Shown one piece after another: positions 48,256 through 61,840 of a DNA stretch of 64,000 bases. The notes below the pieces were generated by a model. It was not told the DNA's origin. It was given only the letters and a program-made list of their open reading frames with translations, and searched no databases. Each line of letters opens with the position of its first letter. The first letter of the stretch is position 1. Position numbers and translations under genes: made by a program. This DNA is from Octopus sinensis (Eukaryota): assembly GCF_006345805.1 (NCBI RefSeq), contig NC_043006.1:86180001-86244000 (forward strand), written 5' to 3'.

Positions 48256-49299
48256 CTAGCAGAGATACCCGGCGTTGCCCGGTTACATTCATTTGAAGAA
48301 TTAGACTTTTCTGTTATATTTTCTGAATGAACTGGAATATCTATGTTTCGAATTTCATCAAAATTGCAGATGAGGGTTATTTCCCTCTTTACACACCCTA
48401 AAAAAATTGTAATCGTGCCACATGGAAACCAAAAGACGAATGATCACAATAAGCAGTCAGTTACCCTACCCTAGTCGTTACCACTCCCCATGTAGGATTC
48501 CTCACCATCTAGGTGACAGACACAGCCGTAAGATGCATTACGAATCTATAGCAATTGGAAGGGCGTGACCCAACTGAAATAAACATTAACAACTGTGTGA
48601 CGTGAGGGCTTAGGAGAAATTAAAGTGTCACCTCTGGAGTTTGCAAATGACCACTATACTGATACGTAACTGGACAGAATGAATTTAAAATCTATAAATG
48701 TCTTTGAATAACTAGTCACTCATCTGGGAAGGCCTTGTAATCAATGTTACCGTCTGAGGACTATGTGTGACCGAGTGATAATAAAAAGACTGAAAGGAGG
48801 TCTGCAATCAAATAACTTTACTCAACACTTTGCAACTGAATCAGTGGAGACAAAGATGTCCCTCATTTACTTAACAATTTATGCACCACATTGCAGAAAT
48901 CACAATGTATGTCAAAGCAAACTGTTACACTGTTGTACCATTGAATTAGAAATAATGCCCAACTTTTATGCTCGGGCAACCCTACAGCTTCCAAGAACAC
49001 AACTGTATTCGTTTTTGCTTAGATAAAATGACAAAATTGTGGGTGTTAAGTCCCCATGGCGGGGTCTTTCTAACTTTGTAAGAAGATGAAATTTTATAAA
49101 TATTACTTCATTTGTGTCTAATATCTATGGTTAAAATTTCATCAACAGCAAAAATATATGAATTGTCATGGGGGTTATGGCCCTTATGCTTAGAATATAA
49201 TTTCCAAATTTCATAAAGATCCATTCAGTACTTTTGACCTAGTTTTGGATCATAAAAGAAATGACTAAAATTTGGGAGTTAAGGCTCCCATTAGGCTGA
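48256..49299 (-). mobile_element. Non-autonomous Helitron-like element
   Basis: Minus strand A|TC start at 49299; 3' hairpin ccgggcaacgccggg then CTAG|T at 48256; (TA)n on both sides. Confidence 0.6.
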
Positions 49300-49328
49300 T
49301 ATATATATATATATATATATATAATATA

Positions 49329-49379
<51 letters not shown>

Positions 49380-49692
49380 AGATATAGATATAGATATAGA
49401 TATAGATACACACACATACAAAGATAAATTGATAGAAACAACTGAGTGGGCAAACAAAAATATGAGACACAACCTAGTGCTTTTTTATGTTGATAAACCT
49501 AGTACTTATTCTATTAGTTTGTTCTTGTGAAACCAGTAAGTTTTCTGGATGTAAATAAATGAACAGCAGTTGTGAAGCAGTGATGAGGGCGAAATACAGA
49601 CACAAAGACACACACACATACACTTACATATATATATATATATATATATATACGATTGATTTGTTTCAGTTCCTGTCTACGAAATCCATATA

Positions 49693-52400
49693 TATTGTTG
49701 TTGGCATCCTTTTTGTCTCAGGAGTTGCGCATAAAATAATCTAGTCCGGCTTTTACATTTCATGTCCTAATACATCTCCTGCTGTGGCTGTGTAGTCCTA
49801 TCCTGGACAAACACTCCCTCTGGCAGGTGCCGCAAATGTAGCGAAGACTTTGCCTGGCTGGTTGTAATATCATAGTTTCTTGTTGACGTATTTTCTTGTC
49901 TTTCCATTTCTCCTCTCTCTCTATGTCACTCCTTTGTGTTCCCTCTTTTACGGTACATCGCCAATCTCCACGGTTGCTGGCAACTGCTTCCCAGTTGGTA
50001 ATGATGTTCCAGGCATTCATGTCCCTTTTGCAAACATCTTTGTATCATAAGAACGGTTTTCCCACAGACCTAGTGCCCCTAGCAAGCTCTCCGTTGAGTA
50101 TGTCCTTGGGGATTCTGCCATCTTCTATACAGCTTAACTGTCGAAGCCATCTCATACTTCTTTGTGTGAGTAGTGTAAACATGCTTGGTATTCCTATTTG
50201 CTTGAGGACATGATTCTGTAATTTGATGCGAAGGATTTTCCGGAGGCAGCGCAGGTGAAAGATATTTAGGCGACGTATGGCATCGTATGGCGTGTGTATG
50301 GCGTCCAAGTTTCACTTCCATACAGTAGAGTGCTAAGTACACATGCCTGGTAAATCTTCATTTTTGTGGTCTTGGTCAGCTTATTGTTGTCCCATGCCCG
50401 TTTGGAGAGTTGGGCCATCACAGCAGCTGCCTTGCCAATGCGTATATTGATCTCAGTATCAAGGGATAGGTTGTAGGTGACGGTAGAGCCAAGATAGATA
50501 AACTTCTCCACCTCCTGTAGTCTGTGGTCTCCAATATGTATGTTTGGGATGGTCGATGTAGCCTGACCCATGATGTTGGTCTTCTTGAGGCTGATAACTA
50601 AACCAAAGTTACCACATGCTTGCTCAAAACAGTTGATGAGCCTTTGTAGGGCTTCTTCTGTGTGTGATACCAGAGCGGCATCATCAGCAAATAGCATCTC
50701 CTTGATCAGGACGCTTCTGATTTTGGTCCTGGCACGCAGATGCGAGAGATTGAACAGTTTCCCGTTACCTCTACTGTGCAGAAACACTCCATCATCTGAT
50801 GTCACAAAGGCATGTGATAGCAGCAGCGAGAAGAAGATGCCAAATAACGTAGGAGCAAGGACACAACCTTGCTTTACCCCATTTTTTATTTGGAAGGCGG
50901 CTGATGTTGAACCATTGTGCTGTATGGTGCCTTGCATATCATCATGGAAAGATGTGATGATCCTCAGCAGCTTTGGTGGACATCCGATTTTTTGGAGCAG
51001 GATGAAGAGGCCTTTTCTACTTACCAAGTCAAAGGCTTTTGTCAGATCAATGAAGACCATATATAATGGCATTTTCTGCTCTCTGGACTTCTCCTGAAGT
51101 TGGCGTATGGAGAATATCATGTCAATAGTTGATCTGCTTCTTCTAAAGCCACATTGCGATTCTGCATAAATTCGAGAAGCAAGCAGTTGCAGCCTGGACA
51201 GGATAATGCGAGCAGAAGCCTTTCCAACAGTGCTTAGAAGAGATATTCCACGGTAATTGTTACAATCACCACGGTCACCTTTGTTTTTGTAAAGCGTAAT
51301 GATGTTAGCATCCTGCATATCCTGAGGGACTGTACCCTCTTCCTAGCACTGACACAGAAGCTCATGAATGTGCCGAAGCAGGATGGTGTTTTTGCCGGTT
51401 TTGATGTTCTCTAAGGGGATGTCGTCTTTTCCCGGAGCCTTGTTACTTGCTAGGGAGTCAATAGCCTTGGTGAGCTCTGCTATAGATGGCAGACTGTCAA
51501 GTTCACACATGACTGGCAAGATCTTGACACCCTCGATTGCAGCCTCAGTTACCGTGGTCTCTCGTGAGTAGAGATCCTGGTAGTACTCCACCCATCTATC
51601 CATTTGCTTGCTTTGGTCCTTGATGAGATCCCCAGTAGTTGATTTCAGAGGGGCTGACTTGGTTGCGGATGGACCGAGGGCCTTCTTCAAACCGGCATAC
51701 ATCCCACGGGTGTCGCCACTGTCAGCAGCTGACTGGATACTCTGACAGATGTCCTGCCAATACCTATTTGCACAGCGTCTGGCAGTCAGTCGGGTTTTAT
51801 TTCTTGCCTTTCTGAGTTCTTCGAGTGACTTTATAGAAGAATCACTCTTGTATTACATCAGAGCTGCACGCTTTGTTTCGGTAACTGTTTCCAGCTCTGA
51901 GAGCCCAGCACTGAACAAAATCTGAGGTTTGCCTTTCTCTCATGCCGAAAGTATCTATTGATGTGGTATAAAAAGCTTCCCTGATATAATTACACCTACT
52001 TTCAGCAGAGGAGGTTGGGCAGCTACTGAGAGCAACTTTGATAGAAACAGCAAAACATTGTCGCAGTGTAGGGTCGGAGGTTCTGGCAGTGTTAATGCGT
52101 GGTCGGCCCATTTTCTTGGAGTGGTGGACTTTTTAGGCAGAATCCTCACCCTGCTTCTTATTAATGAATGATCTGTGTCACAATCCGCGCTGTAGTAACT
52201 ACGAGTCAGTTGAGCAGAATTCAGAAAGGGTCTTCGTGTAATGATGAGATCCAGCTCATGTCAGTGGTGAGATCTTGGATGTCTCCAAGATGCCTTGTGG
52301 GATGTCTTGTTGGCAAAGAATGTGTTAGTGATGTACAGGTTATGGTATGTGCAAAATTCAAGTAATCTCTGGCCATTGTCATTCATGTTACCAATACCAA
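49693..52400 (-). mobile_element. RTE-clade LINE, 5'-truncated within APE
   Basis: FGIGNMNDNGQRLLEFC; NYRGISLL, FIDLTKAFD, KQGCVLAP, LFADD; C-terminal C..C..SRIGL.SH; ggatgccaacaac tail. Confidence 0.92.
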
Positions 52401-52467
52401 AACACATACACTTACATATATACATATATATATACGATCGATTTGTTTCAGTTCCTGTATACGAAAT

Positions 52468-52535
<68 letters not shown>

Positions 52536-52551
52536 ACACACACACCACACA

Positions 52552-52597
<46 letters not shown>

Positions 52598-53599
52598 GCA
52601 TACACACACATACATATATATTTGGAATTTACAAAAGAAACGAACAAAAGACGAAGACGGGTGTGTAAACAGCAAACAGGTTTATTAGTTTAACGCTCCG
52701 GACTTAGGAAAAATTTATATAGGGAGTACTACTAATTTTAAAATTAAATATAGGGGACACAAGAATTCATTTATTCACCCCTATATAAAAAAATTTCAGA
52801 CATTTTAGTATGTAAGCATAAATATTTTACGTCTTATAATTTTCTTAAACTTTAAAATATAATTTTTTAGAATATAAAAGCTTTTTGAAAATACGGTCCA
52901 ATTAGATCATTAGATCCAATGAACACCTATGCACAAACCTGTAATCTTAAATTTTTTTTTTATAGTAGAGAGTGGAATATTCCCATTGGCTATTATTTGT
53001 ATGTTTAACTGAATTTCATTTCTTATTTAAACGTGGTAATCCTCTTGAAAATCTGTCACTTATTCATCGATACTCAAAAACTGAACTTTCACCAACTGAA
53101 TACTCACCATGTAGTGCCTTAATGCTTTTTGCTGGATTTTACCTCGAGAAAGGAACCCTGAGGAAGGAGGGCTGAATTTCGAATACTTCGTACAACCACT
53201 TTTCTGAAACGGCTGCAGGTTAGGAAAAATAACTTTAATCGCGTCTTTCAATTTAGGTTTTTATTTTTCATGTTTATATTCGTATTTCATTGTTATGTTT
53301 ATATTGCCTCAAGGTGATTTTTCGTTGGTGCTCAGAAAGTTCCATGGACTGCAGTTTGCCTACGACTGGCTCATAGGATGCACTTTTTCTTTTGCTTTTA
53401 CAAAATACAGTAAGAAATAATAACATATGTAACCCTTATCTGGGGCTATAAGTGACTTACGTAAAATCTTCGCCCTTTAAGATGTAGGTAACTTTTCAAG
53501 ACTTGTTTTACGAATAAACAGAGTCTGCGATATCAAGAAATACAATAGGTAACTAGGAAGTGAATATCAAGAACATACAGTGGATATGTATCTAATATT

Positions 53600-54215
53600 G
53601 GTTTCAAATTTTAGCACAAGACCAGCAATTTCGGAGGAGGAGTTAAGTCGAATAGATCGACCCAAATGCTCAGCTGCATTTTATCGATCCCGAAAGTATG
53701 AGCACCAACGTGGATCTTATTTTTTTATTTCTTTATTGCCCACAAGGAGCTAAACACAGAGGGGACAAACAAGGACAAAGGGATTAAGTCGATTATATCG
53801 ACCCCAGTGCGTAACTGGTACTTATTTAATCGACTCCGAAAGGATGAAAGGCAAAGTTGACCTCGGCGGAATTTGAACTCAGAACGTAGCGGCAGACGAA
53901 ATACCAATTTCTTTACTACCCAGAAGGGGTTAAACACAGAGGAGACAAACAAGGACAGACAAACGGATTAAGTTGATTACATCGACCCCAGTGCATAACT
54001 GGTACTTAATTTATCGACCCCGAAAAGATGAAAGGCAAAGTCGACCTTGGCGGAATTTGAACTCAGAACGTAACATCAGACGAAATACCGCTAAGCATTT
54101 CGCCCGGCGTACTAACGTTTCTGCCAGCTCGCTGACGTGGATCTTGTCGGAATTTGAACTCGGAATGTAAAGACGGACGAAATGCCACCACGCATTTTGT
54201 CCGGCGTGCAAACGA
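53600..54215 (+). mobile_element. Cluster of tandem SINE-like fragments
   Basis: Three ggaatttgaactc units and two ttctttatt..cacaag..aaacacaga units. Confidence 0.7.
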
Positions 54216-54403
54216 TTCAGTCAAAAGATAACTCTCTTCCAAAATATAACATTGTGTTGTCAGAATCTCTTTCAACAATATATTTGTTGCAACATAGTTT
54301 GACTTCTAAATATTTCTAGCACATACATACATACATTACATACATACATTACATACATACATTACATACATACATTACATACATACATATAGACATACAT
54401 ACA

Positions 54404-54434
<31 letters not shown>

Positions 54435-55319
54435 CATACACATACATACATACACATACATACATACACACACATACATACATACATACACATACATACA
54501 TATATATATATATATATACATACATACATACACACATACATACATACACACACATACATATATATACATACACACATACATACATACATACATACATACA
54601 TACACACATACATACATATATACATACACACATACATACATATATACATACATACATACATACATGCACACGCACACATATTTGCATATGTGTGTGTGTG
54701 TGTGTGTATGTATGTATTATTCATAACCAACCTATCAACAATGTATCATAGTTGTCTCCATAATTATTTTATAGCAATTTAAAAGTTTTATTAACGCGCG
54801 TCTGTGTTTTACTAGGAACATAATTATAATTTATTATTTAAGTTTTACAAAAAAAATTATTGATTGAACGATCACAGCAGTGATACGGATCTTTTTAATA
54901 AAACCTTGAAAAAAAATACAAAACGAAAAAACCAAGTAGACATAGACTGTAAAATAAATACATAAATATAAAGAATTTTATGAATAATTGCATATGGAAA
55001 GCAAAACTGTCTGTTGGTATTTCTATTTGATATTTATTTAATTTTAACTTTCACTAATATAAAATAGTATTTCTTTATGCCTTTATGTTGATTTATCCCA
55101 AATTATACTAATCAGCGATGTATTACATTGTTTGTTTTTCAAGATTAAATAAATATCTAAAACATAATGGTTGGACTGAAACAACCAAGTAAATCCATGT
55201 TTACGTTAATGAGGACAATGTCTGGCATTGTTACAAGACTACAGATTTAGTACTCGGTAATGAGGAAAGGGTTTATAGTCAATTAAATGGACCACAGTAT
55301 ATTACTGGTAAGTGTCACA

Positions 55320-55651
55320 TGCTCAGTCGACCTCCTTTACTCTTTTACTTTTTTACTTGTTTCAGTCACGTGACTGCGGCTATTGGTCTCTTTTGCCGAA
55401 CCGCTAAGTTACGGGGACGTAAACACATCAGCATCGGTTTTCAAGCGATGTTGTGGGGACACACACACACATACACACACATACATATATACGACGGACT
55501 TCTTTCAGTTTCCGTCTACCAAGTCCACACACAATGCTTTGGTCGGCTCGAGGCTATAGTAGAAGACACTTGCCCATGATGCCACGCAGTGGGACTGAAC
55601 CCGGAACCATGTGGTTGGTAAGCAAGCTACTTACCACACAGTCACTCCTGC
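55320..55651 (-). mobile_element. tRNA-derived SINE
   Basis: Reverse complement of the head at 33431-33590 plus (GT)n and tail. Confidence 0.8.
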
Positions 55652-55741
55652 ACCTACTGTTAGCAATTACTGCTAAATATCTCTAAAGGTACCCCCTACC
55701 ATCTTAAAAATGAAGGACATAAAATATAATGTAGATTAAGA

Positions 55742-57034
55742 TACGAGAGTGGGCTGACTATGAAGGAGTCATGCTGGAGCAATGAAATCTTGCATACATT
55801 AATTTCAACCCTTCTTATTAATAACTGTATTGCTTCTGTCTAGGTAAACTGACATCTGACTGTTCAAAGAAGACTTTAAAAGTAACTGGACAAAATTTGG
55901 CATCGTGGTGTTATCAAGTACCTGCAGAAAAAGGGTTTAGCCCCACCACCAAGGACATTCATGTCGACATGGTTGCTACATCAGGGGATGCTGCTCCAGT
56001 TTGTCAGCAGTGCAAAAGTGGACAGCTGAATTTAGGAAGGGAAGGGAGAATCTTGAAGATGACCAACGGTCTGGACGTCCTGCAACTGTCACCACCAAGG
56101 AAAACACTGATCGAGTTCACCACTTGCGATGGATGACAGGTGATTGACTATAAATCAAATAGTCAATCCCATTAGTATATCCTGAGAATTGAGAATATTT
56201 TGTTCAGTGAAATTAGCATGACGAAGGTTTCTGCTCGGTGAGTATTACGTCTTTTGATACCTGATCAAAAGTGCACCAGTTTGATCTCATCACGGGAAAA
56301 TCTGACATTGTCTGAGGCAGATCCAGCTGGTTTTTTTGAGCGTTTCCTTATCCAGGATTAGTGTTGGGCTCATCGCTTTGAGCCAGTGACAGACATTCCA
56401 TGCAGTAGAGACACCTACCCTCACCTGCTCCAAAGAAGGCCAAGGTCGTTTAACCTGCGGGGAAGGTGATGACCAGTTTTTTTGTGATGCAAACGGCATC
56501 GTTTTTATGGGCTATCTTCAAAAGAGCCACACTACTAATGTAGAGTACAATGCCAACTTACTGAGTCAGTGAAGAGCAAACGCCCAGGAAAACTGACGAA
56601 AGGTGTCTTGTTTCATGAGGACAATGCCCCAGCATACAAGTTCTTTGTTTCAATGATGGCTGTGCATGATTGACTGATCACCGTCCCTCTTCTCCTGATT
56701 TCGCCCCATCTGACTATCATATGTTCCCCAACAGCAAAAAAAAAAACAAAACAAAAAAAACAAAAACAAAATAAAAAAAAACACTTGACAGGGAATTAAT
56801 ATCGCAGTAATAATGACGTCGCTGTGATAATGACTCGAAAAAGTCATCAACAGCTGATAAGCTGTTGACTTTTTCGAGCAACAGGATGAAAGCTTCTTCA
56901 CTAATAGGATCCAAGTTCCAATGGAAGAAGGTGTGTGAACAGCAAGGGGGACTATGTTGAAAAATAAACCTCATTTAGTCACATTCTATGAGAGAACCTT
57001 CGCCTGCCTATGAAATTTTCAGTCGGCCCTCGTA
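55742..57034 (+). mobile_element. Full-length decayed mariner (~1.29 kb)
   Basis: TAcgag.. / ..ccctcgTA ends; DKIWHRGVIKYL, DDQRSGRP, MTKVSAR, SPDFAPSDYHMFP. Confidence 0.85.
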
Positions 57035-57329
57035 ACTGTAAAAACGATGGGATGGTTACAGATGAAATGTCTTTACCAGAGGTTTGTCCTATCGGGATTA
57101 ATCTGAGATGACACATGAAGAATTAAAATGGAAAGTCGTTGGTAGGATTTGAACTCATAACATGATGAAAAGTAACAAAATATTGCAATATGTCTTATGG
57201 TCAGCTCTAATAACTCTGTGACCCACCCTGATATGACAATAATAGTTTCTTACGTTGTGATCGAGCCACACCTTTGGTTCTGTAGAATCTGGAATCCAAA
57301 CACACTGGCATTCTTAACTCAACAACAAT

Positions 57330-57655
57330 TATACACTTCACAGAAGTCCACTTCTACACTACTTAACGCTATACTTCTACACAGCACTACACTGCTTAAC
57401 GAAGCACCTTTACATGGAATAGCTTTACACTTCTACACTGTTAAACACTACACTTCTGCACTTTTAACATTACATTTCTAAATAGTTAAACATTACATTT
57501 CTCAATAGTTAAGCATTACACTTCTACGCAGCACCACACAACACCACTACACTGCTCAGCTTAACACTATATTTATACATTGCTTAAAACGACCCTTTTA
57601 CACTACTTAACTGACACTCGCACACCACTTGACACGACACTTTTATACTATTTAA

Positions 57656-57700
<45 letters not shown>

Positions 57701-58140
57701 ATTTCTTAGCACTACTCTCCTACGCTGCTTATCACTGCAATTTTACATCGCTTAACAAGATCTAGTAAGCGGGGCCTCATTTCAGTGAGGGAGGCCGGTG
57801 CGCAATGATGCTGTTGAAAGGAAGGCCCCGAAATGGCGCGCATTCCTTTCTGATGCCCCCATAAGCTTGATAGCATCCGGTATGCAGAGCTTTCAACTGG
57901 TAGCACTTGCATCTGCAAGTTGTTTACAAAAAATCTTTTACGCTACTTAATACTGTACTTATAGACTCTGTAACATCGCAATTTCTTCTCTGTCCTACAA
58001 ACATAACAATACTACAGTTTACACCACTAAAGTTCTTCACAACATATAATTACAGTTCTACTTTGCACATTACATTTTTATACTCATGACACTGTACAGA
58101 AATGTGCAGAAGTGTACACTACAGTCTTACTTGGAACGAT
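57330..58140 (+). repeat. Degenerate acttctacac/ttaacactac minisatellite
   Basis: Recurrent motifs, interrupted by a GC-rich insert at ~57765-57920. Confidence 0.6.
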
Positions 58141-58178
58141 TTCTACATTTCATTTCAAGACATTATATCAGAATTTTC

Positions 58179-58609
58179 AGATCTTTTCGGTTTGAACGGC
58201 AGTTTTTTAAAATAATTTCCACGTAACTAAACACTTTTAAACTTCGTATACTGGTAGAATGTGTTTATAAAACATCTTATTCTCTTGGCTTTATTGAGAA
58301 AATTCTATAGTTTGTAAGATATTTGTTGTTTTTTTTCTTCAATTTCTGCAATTTCAACCAATCAATGACGTCTATTGAGGTGAAAACATTCTGTGCCGTA
58401 TGAGTATGTCCCTCATTTAAGAAACAGATTGGGTTTATTTACATTTCTGAAGAAAAAAGATACCCTTCCCCCCACCCCTAACCACAACCCTAACTAACCC
58501 TAACCCTAAAACAGATTGAAATGCAATAGATCGATACTAGGGTCATAATTATGGTGACAATTTCACATGACACCGTTAGAAAAAACTGCCGTTCAAACCG
58601 AAAAGATCC
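58179..58609. mobile_element. MITE with ~30-bp TIRs and 8-bp TSD (Merlin-like, tentative)
   Basis: agatcttttcggtttgaacggcagtttttt / aaaaaactgccgttcaaaccgaaaagatcc; TSD gaattttc at 58171-58178 and 58610-58617. Confidence 0.8.
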
Positions 58610-59402
58610 GAATTTTCAATTTCTTTAATGCACCGCCACATTTCTATACTGGAAAATGTACAATGTATAAGCAAACCTACACCTCTTCAATGCACATCAC
58701 CAAATCTCTACACTGTATAACACTCTTTAAGTACTCCCTAAACATGTTTAACCCTACAAGAACTAGAATTTCAATGAGAGACCACAAGAGGTTCACAGTA
58801 AACAACATTAAAAAAAAACAACGCATCAAGCTTATACATCCCGTATTCAGCTACCAAACGGATATCATTATGGTTTCGACACCCGAGCAGTACTATTCAT
58901 TAAAACAAACTCTGTTTGGGAATTAGTAGACAAGAAACAGGAGTCAAACATTAGTACATATTCATTATATTTGAGTCTACTTGCTGTTAAAAAACAAAAA
59001 TACAAACATCAGATTTCAAACATAAACTGTTACGTACTGCAGCTACGAAGAGAAATTAAAAAAAAAAAGTATTGAAAACAGTGAAACATCAAATCGGACA
59101 TTGCCACCCTAGAACTATAGAACTGAAAAACCATAAAACATTAAGACGAATTAGCGAACTACTCCAAACACACATGTGTAATGCACATGAATATACACGC
59201 ATAGATATACACAATAAATTTCAGTAATCTTTTTAATATTTTACCAAATTCCACGCTCGAAGAATTGGTCAACGTGTGACTATGATATATTGGTTCCAAA
59301 TTTTGGCACAAGGCCAGCGACTTTTTAGGGAAGGGGTAAGTCGATTACATTGACCCTGATGTTCAACAGGCATTTATTTTATCGACCCCGAAAGGATGAA
59401 AG

Positions 59403-60103
59403 GGATCTTTGTGGTTTTCATCACTGTTTATAATTATCTTTAAAAAGTTTTTAAATGCATCATACAGATGTAATTTTTGACGCTGAATCCGAATTTGTTA
59501 TTCATTTATTCCAGAAAAATTTTGCAAAAATGTTACAGGTGTTCAAAGTTTGATAATTTTCAGAATTTTCAGCCATTCAGAAAACAGCGCGTTCGCTGCC
59601 TCTTCCATCATCAGGTGGGTAGGTGGGGTGGGGGTGGGGGTCAAAACATTGCTAGAAATAACAGTCAAAACATTAGAATATACACGAGCAAAGTTAACAT
59701 TAAAACATTCGCGAGCAAATTAAATATTTAAAAGCTACGAACAAACAAACCAACAGGTGTTGCTAGAAATAACAGTCAAAACATTGTCTAAAACAGACAT
59801 TTATTGGTTTAAAAAATTCAAGAACGAAAGTTTGCAATACACTCTAGGATTTTATAAAATAGATTATCTTTCTCGTATCTCCCTCTTCTCCTTGTGCGCA
59901 TGCGCATCATCTTTGGTTACTATGGAAACAGAAATTTTTGCCACGGTGATGTGTAAAACACTCGCTTCTGATTGGCTAAATTACCCAAATTTTGCAAATT
60001 TTAAAGGCAAATAACTTTTTGCTTATGGATTTAAAAGCAAAATGAATTTCATTTTTATAAATTGGAACAGAATTGTCAACAGTACCGAAAACCACAATGA
60101 TCC
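59403..60103. mobile_element. Non-autonomous TIR element with GGATC termini and 8-bp TSD, inserted in a SINE
   Basis: ggatctttgtggttttc / gaaaaccacaatgatcc; TSD gatgaaag / gatgtaag; the host SINE resumes after it. Confidence 0.75.
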
Positions 60104-61469
60104 GATGTAAGGAAAAGTCCACTTCAGCGGAATTTGAACTCAGAACATAAAGACAGACGAAATGCTGCTAAGAATTTTGCCTGGCGTGCTAACGATTCTG
60201 CCTGCTCGCTGTCTTACGTGTGACAGTGATATATTGGAACTTGCCCATAGTACCGTGCACTGAGATCAAACCCGGACCAAAGCCATGGCAGAATAGTAGA
60301 CACACAGAATACTAGACTCTGCAGTATTTATTTACATCACTTCATTTTTCTGAGTTCAAATCCTGCCTGTCGCCTTTCTGAGGGTTGGTAAAATATTTTC
60401 AAGTATCGGTGAAATGCTAGGGTCAATTTAACCCACACTATCCTCTCCACCTCATATGTCCCTGGTTTTTAAACTATGTATTTCTTGTTCTTGTAATATG
60501 TTATTAGGTAAGAGGTGATATTTCGGCCAAGACCGTTACGGTTTCAATTCATTTGAACGCCTTAACTTCCCTTTTCTGTTCCTCCCATTAAAATATGGCT
60601 TGCGTTTATTCAAACGAAACCATTATTTCGCAAATCTCTATTTTACATGTAGAAATGTTTACAACAGCAGCAGCAACAACAACAATAACCTGACAAACAA
60701 CAACGACAACAACATCGATAATAAATAACTAAGCTAAACTAAAACCAAAAAGTCGTTGACCTAGGTTTGACCTCCTCAATATGGACCTGAGAGCTACGAA
60801 ATTAGTTTACCATTCTTTTGAAAATCTCATTTAACATTCGATGTAGCAAATTGTACGGTGATTTGATGCAACTATGCAATAAAAATTAAAGTAAATAAAA
60901 AATAATTATTTAGTCTGTGTAAAAATATTTTATTACAGATTTATATGTTTTTTATTTAATAAAAATATAATTTTCTAATTTGAAACAGTTTATAAACAAA
61001 CAGAGTCTCTTTACAGTGTTTTGATGTGTAAACTAACATCAAACATGCGGTTAAAGGGAATATAATTAATTTTAGTGAGCAGAGGTAAGATAAAGTGCAA
61101 ACGAAATCTGCTATAAGATTTCGATTCCAGATTGAATTAACTTCACTCTCTTTGAAGCGAAATGAATTTCATAACACTTCTCTTACATTTTTCCAAGATT
61201 CAGAGCCACTTTATCTACAGAAAATAACTGAAAATAACGATGAGCTCCAGCGTATGTCCTGTTAAAGAGTGGTTAGGCCATTTGTGTGGTAAACTCTAAT
61301 GACTCCGCCATCCATCACGTTATGGCATTAATTGTTTCTTACGTTGTCACCGAGCGATGTTGGTTTGCTTTCTAACAAGGTGTTTGTTTCTGATTAAAAA
61401 AAAAGCGGAGATATGATAGATTAACGGATTATCTCTAAGTTTTGACTAGAATAAGTATAAGGTCTGACA

Positions 61470-61840
61470 TTTTGGGGGAGGGTTTAGCTGATTACATTGA
61501 CACCCAGTGCTCAACTGGTATTCACTTTATCATGGATGAAATTTGAACGCAGAACATAAAGTTTCGGAAGAAATGTCGTTTAGAATTTTGTCCGGCGTGG
61601 TTAACAATTCTACCAGCTCACTACCTTATTTTTTAATATTGGTTTCAAATTTTGGCTCAAGGTCAGCAATTTCGGGGTTGGGAGTAACTCAGTGCTGAAC
61701 TGGTACTTATTTGAGCGACCCCGAAAGGATGAAAAGCAAAGACCTCGGCGGAATTTGAAATCAGAACGTAAAGACTAGCGAAATGCCACCAAGCAGTTCG
61801 TCCAGTGTGCTAACGATCCTGCCTGCTCGCCGCCTTCTTA
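61470..61840 (+). mobile_element. SINE-like fragment cluster
   Basis: Two decayed gacc.cggcggaatttga..cagaac units. Confidence 0.6.

Noticed and set aside
53150-53215. CTGAGGA...cgaatac..gta hammerhead-like motif (similar relics at ~33620 and ~7545)
   Set aside because: Core substitutions and unpaired stems.
57800-57860. SECIS element or RNase MRP fragment
   Set aside because: SECIS helix II does not pair, and the MRP-like motifs occur in reversed order.
58470-58510. Telomere or healed break (ccctaa repeats)
   Set aside because: Only a few imperfect units, and they lie inside a TIR/TSD-bounded MITE.
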